From an uncultured Muribaculaceae bacterium (lineage in GTDB: Bacteria; Bacillota_I; Bacilli_A; RF39; UBA660): DNA of 28,863 nt. The stretch is taken from contig CAZJKS010000002.1 of assembly GCA_964546695.1 (NCBI GenBank), forward strand, positions 5,999 through 34,861, given 5' to 3'. Of this stretch, positions 1 through 7,562 are shown piece after piece. The notes below the pieces were generated by a model. The model was not told the origin of the DNA, made no database searches, and saw only the letters and a program-made list of their open reading frames with translations. The translations under genes and the position numbers were made by a program. Each line of letters begins with the position of its first letter. Position 1 is the first letter of the stretch.

Positions 1-22
1 CTTAAAAAGTGTTCAAACATAA

Positions 23-51
23 TTGATAAAAAATGAATAATGTGTTAAATT
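23..51 (+). promoter_or_regulatory. Putative sigma-A promoter of the AAA ATPase gene
   Basis: TTGATA (23-28), 17-nt spacer, TG-n-TAAATT (46-51); AGGAGGG SD before ATG 71. Confidence 0.55.
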
Positions 52-70
52 AACAGTAGGAGGGAAAAAT

Positions 71-1351
71 ATGAGTCTAACGGAGAATGGTTATAAAAAA
101 AGGTTAATTGATAGTAAGATTGATCGTTATTTAGATACTTTTGGGGCTATATTGATTGAAGGACCAAAATGGTGTGGTAAAACATGGACTTCTCTTAATC
201 ATGCAGAAAGTGTATCGTATTTAACAGAAGATTCTACTAAAAGATTAGCTTTAATAAATCCAAAAAATATTTTTTCAGATAAAAGACCCCAACTTATTGA
301 TGAATGGCAAATTGTTCCTACTATATGGGATTCAGTAAGACATGAATGCGATAAGGGAAAGGGGCCTGGTAATTTTATCTTAACAGGTTCTACTACTTTA
401 AGAGTGAATGATAGAGAAAAGCAAGTATTTCATTCTGGAGCAGGGAGAATTGCAAGAATGAAGATGCAAACGATGAGTCTTTATGAATCTTTAGATTCTA
501 GTGGTAATGTATCTATAAGTGATATGTTAAAAGGTAAGGATGTTAGTAAAAATACTGGTTCTGTTGAATTAAAAGACCTTGCTAAATTAATTATTAGAGG
601 TGGCTGGCCTGAAAGTTTAAAAATAAAAGAAGAAAACTATTCTTTAATTCCAAAAAGTTATATTGATTCAATACTTGATACAGAGTTAAATGAAAATGAA
701 AGAGTAAGAGATAAAAATAAAATGAGGATGTTATTAAGATCACTTGCTAGAAATGAGTCTACAATTGCCAGTAATAAAACACTTATTAAAGATATAGAAG
801 AATATGAAACTAGTGATGATATTCTTTCTAGTAGAACAACACTACTTGATTATTTAGATTTTCTAGAAAGATTACATTTAATTGAAAATCAAGAGTCGTA
901 TAGTTCTAATTATCGTTCACCTGAACGAGTAGGGAAGTCTGTTAAAAGACATTTTGTTGATCCATCTCTAGCTTGTTCGCTATTAAATTTAAATACTAGT
1001 AAATTAATGGAAGATTTAAATACTTTTGGTTTTTTATTTGAAGCTTTAGTAGAAAGAGATTTAAGAATATATATGGATTATTTAGATGGTAAATTATATC
1101 ATTTTAGGGATAATGTTAGTGGTTTAGAAGTAGATTCTATACTAGAATTTGATGATGGAGAATATGCAGCGATTGAAATTAAGTTAGGGTATAATGAAGT
1201 AGATGATGCAATTAAGAATTTAAATAATTTTTATAATAATATGATAAAAAAACCTAAATTTATGTGTGTTATAGTAGGAGTGTTAGAATCTGCATACAAA
1301 GATCCTGATACATCAATTTATGTAGTACCTATAACAGCTTTAAAACCATAG
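71..1351 (+). CDS. AAA+ ATPase (AAA_14-like) with DUF4143 region and C-terminal PD-(D/E)XK-like nuclease motif
   Basis: Walker A GPKWCGKT, Walker B LIDEWQ, ILTGS, GGWP, KRHFVDPSLA, and EVDSILE...IEIKLG. Confidence 0.85.
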   Translation: MSLTENGYKKRLIDSKIDRYLDTFGAILIEGPKWCGKTWTSLNHAESVSYLTEDSTKRLALINPKNIFSDKRPQLIDEWQIVPTIWDSVRHECDKGKGPGNFILTGSTTLRVNDREKQVFHSGAGRIARMKMQTMSLYESLDSSGNVSISDMLKGKDVSKNTGSVELKDLAKLIIRGGWPESLKIKEENYSLIPKSYIDSILDTELNENERVRDKNKMRMLLRSLARNESTIASNKTLIKDIEEYETSDDILSSRTTLLDYLDFLERLHLIENQESYSSNYRSPERVGKSVKRHFVDPSLACSLLNLNTSKLMEDLNTFGFLFEALVERDLRIYMDYLDGKLYHFRDNVSGLEVDSILEFDDGEYAAIEIKLGYNEVDDAIKNLNNFYNNMIKKPKFMCVIVGVLESAYKDPDTSIYVVPITALKP

Positions 1352-1383
1352 AAAAAAGATAAGTTCAGTTGCTTATCTTTTTT
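1352..1383. terminator. Bidirectional intrinsic terminator between convergent genes
   Basis: AAAAAAGATAAG-ttcagttg-CTTATCTTTTTT perfect inverted repeat between the two stop codons. Confidence 0.85.
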
Positions 1384-1387
1384 GCTG

Positions 1388-3418
1388 TTAGGATGCTTCG
1401 TTTCCAGAACTGTCGCCTCCATCACTGGAGCCACCTTCACCAGAACCATCGCCTCCACCTTCGGAGCCACTGTTTCCTCCAGAATCGTTGTCTCCACTTT
1501 CGGGGCTTCCACTTCCAGTTCCAGAACCATCGCCTCCACTTCCGGAGCTAGGATTGTCCTCTTCATCTGAAGAGCCTCCAGTGCCAGTTGATGGAGTTGT
1601 GTAGTTACTACTAGTAGTACCTCCTCCTAATGTAAGAACTACAGAACCACTTATTAAATCTATTCTTTTATAAGCAGGGTAACTTTGGCTAGTAACATAA
1701 GTTCCATTACCTGTAAAACTAACACTTATACCATTAGCACTAGCATAACTTCTAGCTTGAGATTCAGTATCTCCTGTAAAGTCAGGTAATAAATCATAAG
1801 TGAATGTTGTATCATATGGTCCAGTACCAACTACAGTTTTTTCATAATCTTCATCATTAATTGAGAATGAGAATTCTTTTTCCATTTCTGGTTCTATTTC
1901 TTCTAGATTTATTTTCATCGCTTCTATTATATCAGCAACACTTTCAGGATTAGGAACATAGTCCCATAAAACCATTCTGCTTCTTTCATCATAAATCATT
2001 TGTCCAGTACCTTCTAAATATAATTGTTCAATATTTATTAAGTCTTCTTCATCTTTTTGTAATGAATTATTGATAATATCCTTAGCAATATCGTAGAATG
2101 ATAAAATTTGTTCTTCTGTAAAGTTAGTATCAAGATTATTGGAAATAGTATCTAATATTTCCATTACTTGACTTATACTATTTATATCTTTAACTTTATT
2201 TAATATTCCTTCAATAACTAATTGTTGATTAAGACCTCTATCTAAGTCTCCATTTGTTAATTGTTTTCTATTTCTTGCAAGAACTAAAGCTTGTTCTCCA
2301 TTTAATGTCTGTTCTCCTTCACTGATACATACTTCTCCTTCACGATTAGAATCATCAGTACATAAATCTTGAGGTACATCAACTGTAATACCACCAAGAG
2401 CATCTACAAGACCAACTAAACCTTTGAAATTAATTTTAGCATAGTAATCTATTGTAACATCAAAGTAATTTTCAATAGTATCCATCATACAATCTGTACC
2501 ATAAGCTGCAGCATGAGTAATTTTATTTTCTGCTTGATCACTCCAGCAAGCAATTGGAACATAACTATCTCTTGGAATACTTAACATTGTAGCATTTAAT
2601 GTATTAGGGTTAAAAGTAATTAAGATTAAACTATCACCATTCGCTACAGTATTTGTATCAAGTCCTTCTTCTTCAGAGTCAACTCCCATTAAAAGAATAG
2701 TAAATGGTTCAGTAACAGATTTTCCTGCTGATGAGTCTCTACTACTAGTTTTAGCCATCTTCTTTTCTTGGGTTAAAATTATTGTAGTATCAGAGGAAAT
2801 ATTTTCATATGTTTCCATACTGCTAAACATAGATGGGTAGTCAGTTGGAACAAACATTGCATCTATTTCTCCATCATATAAATCAGCCATAGCACTAAAA
2901 TAATCATCATATTCAATTATTTCATTATTATCATCTAAGTTATTTTCTTCAATTACTTCATTAGGAATAATATTTCCTTCAGGAGATGTTTCATCAGATA
3001 ATATTACAATAGTAGCATCTTCTAAGTCTTCTATATCTTCTATTTCACTACTAGATGAGACAATAAGACTACTTGAATAAGTAACATAACTTCTATTAAT
3101 TTTAGATATAGTACCATATGCATACATTATAACTGCACTAATAGCACAGTTTAATAATAAATATAAAATTAAAAGAGTAGTTAAGAGTCTTACTTTTTTT
3201 TCTTTGTTTTTTCTTTTAGACTTTACTTTAAAAATAATAAGGATATCTAAAATAACAAATATTCCTATAATAATATATCTAATTACTTCTTCAATTGGTC
3301 CTAATAGTAAGATATTATAAATAGCAACTATATTGCTTATTATGACAATAATACTAAAAATTAAGAGCCATAATCTACATTTTTTCTTCTTTTCTTCATT
3401 GTTCTTCTTTTTTCTCAA
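1388..3418 (-). CDS. LytR-CpsA-Psr (LCP) family protein: N-terminal TM helices, CpsA-like accessory domain, LCP domain, PASTA-like domain, Gly/Ser/acidic tail
   Basis: FTILLMGVD, GDSLILIT, SIPRDSYV, KITHA, INFKGLVGLVDALGGITV, ARNRK, GDLDRGLNQQ. The ORF opens at ATG 3433, but a GGAGGT SD favours TTG 3418. Confidence 0.9.
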   Translation of the reverse strand: MRKKKNNEEKKKKCRLWLLIFSIIVIISNIVAIYNILLLGPIEEVIRYIIIGIFVILDILIIFKVKSKRKNKEKKVRLLTTLLILYLLLNCAISAVIMYAYGTISKINRSYVTYSSSLIVSSSSEIEDIEDLEDATIVILSDETSPEGNIIPNEVIEENNLDDNNEIIEYDDYFSAMADLYDGEIDAMFVPTDYPSMFSSMETYENISSDTTIILTQEKKMAKTSSRDSSAGKSVTEPFTILLMGVDSEEEGLDTNTVANGDSLILITFNPNTLNATMLSIPRDSYVPIACWSDQAENKITHAAAYGTDCMMDTIENYFDVTIDYYAKINFKGLVGLVDALGGITVDVPQDLCTDDSNREGEVCISEGEQTLNGEQALVLARNRKQLTNGDLDRGLNQQLVIEGILNKVKDINSISQVMEILDTISNNLDTNFTEEQILSFYDIAKDIINNSLQKDEEDLINIEQLYLEGTGQMIYDERSRMVLWDYVPNPESVADIIEAMKINLEEIEPEMEKEFSFSINDEDYEKTVVGTGPYDTTFTYDLLPDFTGDTESQARSYASANGISVSFTGNGTYVTSQSYPAYKRIDLISGSVVLTLGGGTTSSNYTTPSTGTGGSSDEEDNPSSGSGGDGSGTGSGSPESGDNDSGGNSGSEGGGDGSGEGGSSDGGDSSGNEAS
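1404..1550. repeat. GC-rich imperfect tandem repeat (4 units of about 30-42 nt) encoding the Gly/Ser tail
   Basis: Units start with CCAGAA at 1404, 1440, 1479 and 1521; CCAGAACCATCGCCTCCAC is identical at 1440 and 1521. Confidence 0.8.
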
Positions 3419-3460
3419 TTTTAAAACCTCCATGCTTTAAACATAAATCTATACCTTATA

Positions 3461-3489
3461 ATTATAGACTATATTTTATTATCTTTCAA
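3461..3489 (-). promoter_or_regulatory. Putative sigma-A promoter of the LCP gene
   Basis: Minus strand TTGAAA (3489-3484), 17 nt, TATAAT (3466-3461). Confidence 0.65.
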
Positions 3490-3654
3490 CCATTGTATTT
3501 TTGTTTGTATTGTAAAGTTTACGATTATTATTTCCTTTTTACGGTAAAATATTAAAGTTTTTGATATAATACTATTTAGAAAAAAGATATATTTAATAAC
3601 TTTTAATAGATTTTACATACTATAAATAATTTATTGGAAAGTAGGAGTTTAAAG

Positions 3655-4293
3655 ATGAGAGTAAAACAAAATAGTAAACATCTAGGGATAGTAATATTTA
3701 TAGGATTTTTATTAATTATTATAGGAATTGTTTCTTATTTAGTTATTAATTATAGTAATGATCAAGCAGAAGTACAAAAAAGAATGGAAAAAGTCTTGGA
3801 GATTTATGATACATTCAAAGAAGATGTTCAAGCTTTTAATGATATAAGAGATGAAATTTATGAAGAATTTTTACAAGAAGTATATTATCAAATGTTAAAA
3901 GATAATGATGCTTATTATAAAGAGTTATTTCTTAATTATGAAGAAAGTTTAGAAGTGATAGATCTTGATTATGAGTCAGTTGAAGATAAATGTGTTAATG
4001 TTTTACATCCTAAAGCTGATATTAATAGTAAGTGTGAGAAGATTATTTCTACTTATGAAGAAGTAGTTAATACTTATGTAAGTGATGTTAATAATTATAA
4101 TAGCTTGATTGATGCTTATAATGAGTGGCTTTTAGAAAATGATAGTAGTGATAGCGAGTTAGAGAAAATAAAATTAGATAGGGATTTTTTAGATATTAAT
4201 GGGGATAGAGAATATAATGGAAGAGCTGATATTAATACAGAAATAAAAGATGAAGAAGATGATAATGATACTGTTGGTGATTTAGATGAATAG
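3655..4293 (+). CDS. Membrane-anchored hypothetical protein, predicted helical/coiled-coil with an acidic tail
   Basis: AGGAG SD before ATG 3655 (ORF track starts at TTG 3634); one N-terminal TM; heptad-like helical body; overlaps the next gene by 8 nt. Confidence 0.8.
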   Translation: MRVKQNSKHLGIVIFIGFLLIIIGIVSYLVINYSNDQAEVQKRMEKVLEIYDTFKEDVQAFNDIRDEIYEEFLQEVYYQMLKDNDAYYKELFLNYEESLEVIDLDYESVEDKCVNVLHPKADINSKCEKIISTYEEVVNTYVSDVNNYNSLIDAYNEWLLENDSSDSELEKIKLDRDFLDINGDREYNGRADINTEIKDEEDDNDTVGDLDE

Positions 4294-5365
4294 AAATTTA
4301 GATAAGACAATTTTAATGCCTAGTATTGCTAATGAAATAAAAAGAGAAAAAAGAAAAGAAAATAATTTGCTTATAAAAATAATAATAACTTTATTTATAA
4401 TTGGGAGTTCTTTTTCTTTATTTCTTTTTTATGGACCTATAAGTGATTTTAGAGATTTTTATATAACATCAGCGATGACTTCTTTTTCTCATCAATATTT
4501 AGCGACTTGGTTTTATAATGAGGATATAATTAATGAAGTTCTTGCTAATAATAATATAATTGAAGTAGATGAAACTACTAATACTGATTTAATTAATTTT
4601 AAAGATTATGATAGTTCAAAAATATATGAAAATGAATATGAAAAAGAAATATTAACAAAAGATCCAGGTAATGATTTATATAAAGTTATTGAAGTAAGTG
4701 GAAGTGGTTATCAAGGATATTTAGTGGCAATATATGATCCATCTAGAGTTTCTATTGCTACAACTGCTTATCTTGGGGTTAAAGGTGAAGCGATTACGAC
4801 AGTTGCAAAACGTGAAAATGCTGTTATTGCTATTAATGCTGGAGGTTTTTATGATCCTGATTGGAATAGTAATGGGGCGATACCTCATGGAACTGTTATT
4901 AAAGATGGAGAGATTGTAAGTGATTATGAAGATTCAGGTATGGGTGGAGGTTTTGTTGGTTTTACTTATGATAATAAGCTAGTATTAGGTAAAATGACAG
5001 CTGAAGAAGCTATAGAGATGGGGATACGTGATGCAGTTGAATTTGGGCCTTTTTTAATTGTTAATGGTAAGAGTAGTTTTATTAAAGGTAATGGTGGTTG
5101 GGGTATTGCTCCAAGAACTGCTATTGGACAAAGAGAAGATGGTATAGTATTATTTTTAGTAATTAATGGGCGACTTGCAACATCAATTGGTGCTGATATG
5201 AGTGATTTAACAGAGATAATGGAAAACTATGGTGCTGTTAATGCTGCTAATATGGATGGTGGTAGTTCTAGTGCTTTAGTTATCAATAATGAAATTATCA
5301 ATACACCAGTTGCAGGTGGAGAGAATGGTCTTAGAGATATACCAACATTTTGGATAGTTAAATAA
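4286..5365 (+). CDS. Phosphodiester glycosidase family protein (NAGPA/EpsL-like), membrane-anchored
   Basis: AINAGGF, EFGPFLIVNG, APRTAIGQREDGIVLFLVINGR, NAANMDGGSSS motifs; N-terminal TM. Confidence 0.9.
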   Translation: MNRNLDKTILMPSIANEIKREKRKENNLLIKIIITLFIIGSSFSLFLFYGPISDFRDFYITSAMTSFSHQYLATWFYNEDIINEVLANNNIIEVDETTNTDLINFKDYDSSKIYENEYEKEILTKDPGNDLYKVIEVSGSGYQGYLVAIYDPSRVSIATTAYLGVKGEAITTVAKRENAVIAINAGGFYDPDWNSNGAIPHGTVIKDGEIVSDYEDSGMGGGFVGFTYDNKLVLGKMTAEEAIEMGIRDAVEFGPFLIVNGKSSFIKGNGGWGIAPRTAIGQREDGIVLFLVINGRLATSIGADMSDLTEIMENYGAVNAANMDGGSSSALVINNEIINTPVAGGENGLRDIPTFWIVK

Positions 5366-5380
5366 TTAACTATTCGTTAT

Positions 5381-5468
5381 GCAAGGATGGCGGAATAGGT
5401 AGACGCGCTACTTTGAGGGGGTAGTAGTTTATATAACTGTGGGAGTTCGAATCTCCTTCCTTGCACCA
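5381..5468 (+). tRNA. tRNA-Leu(GAG)
   Basis: Acceptor stem GCAAGGA/TCCTTGC, D-arm TGGCGGAATAGGTAGACGC, anticodon arm CTACT-TTGAGGG-GGTAG (GAG 5415-5417), long variable arm, GTTCGAATC T-loop, encoded CCA. Confidence 0.97.
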
Positions 5469-5556
5469 TTTTAGAAAAATATTAGAGATTTTGTATTATA
5501 TTAGTTAAAAAATGAATTAATTAGATGTGTCCGAAGGATTAAGAAAGGAGCAATTT

Positions 5557-5888
5557 ATGTTAGAAAAAAATAATATACATATGATTGAAGAAATTAAAGT
5601 TGTAATTATTAACAATAGAAATAAAATTGCTTATGAAGTAAATAATATAATGTTACTAGCGTATTGGATGTTGATAGAAATATTAAAGCTGAATATGGCA
5701 AACGGTTTTAAAGGAGATTTTATCTTAAATATTCAAAACAGCAGACACTGTCTGTTAAATTGAATTGATCCCATTATTGTGAATTATTAAGCATTGAAAA
5801 CGATGATGAAAGAAGTTTTTATGAAAAAGAATGTGTTAATTCAAATTGGAGTGTTAGATAGTTAAAAAGGCAATTATCAACTTCTTTT
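5557..5888 (+). pseudogene. Degraded YhcG/DUF1016 N-terminal domain gene
   Basis: AAGGAG SD plus ATG 5557; frame 1 IAYEVNNIMLLAYW, then another frame KAEYGKRF*RRFYLKYSKQQTLSVKLN*SHYCELLSIENDDERSFYEKECVNSNWSVR*LKRQL; three in-frame stops plus deletions. Confidence 0.85.
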
Positions 5889-5924
5889 AATAAACTATGA
5901 AATAAAAATATTAGGAGGTATATT

Positions 5925-6776
5925 ATGTTAATAATTGGTTCTCATGTAGGATATAAAAAAGATTTGGGTTTAGTAGGTAGTGTTATGGAGGCTTTGAGTT
6001 ATAAAGCTAATACTTTTATGTTTTATACTGGAGCTCCTCAAAATACTATTAGAAGTAGCATAGATTTAGATAATGTATCTCGGGCTTTAACTTTAATGAA
6101 TGATAATAATATTGATAAGGATAATATTATTGTTCATGCACCTTATATTATTAATCTTGCTAATAGTGATGAGCATAAATTTAATTTTTCTTGTAATTTT
6201 TTAGCTGAAGAGTTAAAAAGGGTTAATACTTTTGGTTTTAAATATTTAGTTTTACATCCAGGAAGTCATGTTGGGTTAGGTGTTGATGTAGGGATATCTA
6301 ATGTTATTAAAGCACTTAATATAGTCTTAGATAATGATAATAGTAATGTGTTAATATTACTTGAGACAATGGCTGGTAAGGGGAGTGAGTTAGGAAGAAG
6401 TTTTGAAGAGTTAAAAGCTATTATAGATGGTATTTCTAAAAAAGATAGAATTGGGGTGTGTCTTGATACTTGTCATTTACATGATGCTGGTTATGATTTG
6501 ACTAACTTTGATGATGTGTTAGATTCTTTTGATAAGCTTATAGGTATAGATAAAATTAAATGTATTCATATTAACGATAGTAAGAATTTAATATCATCTC
6601 ATAAAGATAGACATGAAAATATTGGTAAGGGTACTATTGGAATAGATACTTTAATGAAGGTAGTTGATAGTCCTAAATTAAAAGATGTTCCTAAAATATT
6701 AGAAACACCTTATATAGATGGTATAGCTCCATATAAAGAGGAAATAGAGTTAATTAGAAGTCTTAGTAAGCAGTAA
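5925..6776 (+). CDS. nfo: Endonuclease IV (AP endonuclease)
   Basis: IGSHV, VHAPYIINL, VLHPGSH, LETMAGKG, CLDTCHLHDAGYD, HINDSK, DRHENIG, ILETP zinc-ligand motifs; AGGAGGT SD. Confidence 0.97.
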   Translation: MLIIGSHVGYKKDLGLVGSVMEALSYKANTFMFYTGAPQNTIRSSIDLDNVSRALTLMNDNNIDKDNIIVHAPYIINLANSDEHKFNFSCNFLAEELKRVNTFGFKYLVLHPGSHVGLGVDVGISNVIKALNIVLDNDNSNVLILLETMAGKGSELGRSFEELKAIIDGISKKDRIGVCLDTCHLHDAGYDLTNFDDVLDSFDKLIGIDKIKCIHINDSKNLISSHKDRHENIGKGTIGIDTLMKVVDSPKLKDVPKILETPYIDGIAPYKEEIELIRSLSKQ

Positions 6777-7200
6777 CTGTACAGGTTATATCTGATATTT
6801 CACTAGATTGGTATACTGTTTCACTTGTTGTGGTATTAATACAAGTTAAATTTATGCTATAACTTTCTTTATTACTATCTTTAGTATATCTAATAGTAGC
6901 ATTACTACAATCAACTTCATCACTAGTAAATGGTTCAATTAAATCAGCATCTATTAAATCTTGGTATGTTATATCTACACAACCTATAAAGTTTATTGTA
7001 CCTAAAGAAGTTATATCATCTCCTTCTTTTGTTACATATACTTTAGCAGCTTCTATTAAGCTATCACCATAGTATTCATATTGTTTTTCTTCACTGCTTC
7101 TTCTTAAAGATACTATAGAGGGCATTACTAGGATAAGTATTAAAGCCATGATTACGATAGTAATTATCAATTCTATTAGTGTAAATCCTTTTTCGTTCAT
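6763..7200 (-). CDS. Type IV pilin / competence pseudopilin-like protein
   Basis: Class III signal MNEKG|FTLIELIITIVIMALILILVMPSI with Glu at +5; four Cys in the globular domain; AGGTGA SD. Confidence 0.9.
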   Translation of the reverse strand: MNEKGFTLIELIITIVIMALILILVMPSIVSLRRSSEEKQYEYYGDSLIEAAKVYVTKEGDDITSLGTINFIGCVDITYQDLIDADLIEPFTSDEVDCSNATIRYTKDSNKESYSINLTCINTTTSETVYQSSEISDITCTVTAY

Positions 7201-7209
7201 ATTATCACC

Positions 7210-7246
7210 TATGATAAATTATATCATAATTTTAACTTATAGATAA
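7210..7246 (-). promoter_or_regulatory. Extended -10 promoter of the pilin gene, overlapped by a 7-5-7 inverted repeat
   Basis: Minus strand TG-A-TATAAT (7226-7218), weak -35 TTATCT (7246-7241); IR TATGATA-aatta-TATCATA 7210-7228. Confidence 0.5.
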
Positions 7247-7485
7247 GTGTTCTTTAAGGTCATTATAATCTTTGACACTTCTTTATAAATTTCCTCTCTA
7301 ATATTTCCTTTTAAATTAAGAAGAATACTATTATCTTTTAGTAGAGTATTATAATTTTCTTTAAGAAAATTTGTAATAATAATCGCTTCATCTTCTGTAG
7401 GGTAAATACTTTTACTTTCTAAGTATCCCATTACAAGATGGAAATTTAGTAATTTAATATTATTTTTTATTATTTTTTCTATCAA
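7237..7485 (-). CDS. Small helical protein resembling DUF2624/YqfT
   Basis: AGGTGA SD favours TTG 7485 (MIEKIIKNNIKLL...PTEDEAIIITNFLK); pattern and position near nfo and pbpA recall the B. subtilis nfo-yqfT...pbpA region. Confidence 0.5.
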   Translation of the reverse strand: MIEKIIKNNIKLLNFHLVMGYLESKSIYPTEDEAIIITNFLKENYNTLLKDNSILLNLKGNIREEIYKEVSKIIMTLKNTYL

Positions 7486-7562
7486 AATTATCACCTTTAA
7501 TAATTTATATGTAGTAAATTTAAAAATATGTGATAAACTAATAAGGGAGGAGGTTGTTATAT

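Noticed and set aside
1318-1570. Three short ORFs (1318-1566 -, 1369-1551 + His-rich, 1382-1570 +)
   Set aside because: Shadow frames of the GC-rich, stop-poor Gly/Ser repeat; no SD; they run across the terminator
4116-4919. ORFs 4116-4310 (-) and 4734-4919 (+)
   Set aside because: Antisense or alternative frames inside well-supported genes; no SD or family signal
5440-5468. Search for an attL/attR copy of the tRNA 3' end, integrase or IS
   Set aside because: No second copy, integrase or transposase found by eye, so no mobile element is called
5527-5763. 78-aa ORF as an intact gene
   Set aside because: Only its first half matches YhcG; the remainder continues in another frame with stops, so it is treated as a pseudogene
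5761-5763. TGA at a conserved Trp position, suggesting genetic code 4
   Set aside because: Intact genes use TGG for Trp and several end in TGA (13323, 15505, 28821); the same remnant also has TAA and TAG stops
7201-7207. ATTATCA half-sites resembling a Fur box (also near 7488)
   Set aside because: Both coincide with GGTGATAAT ribosome-binding regions and lack the partner half-site
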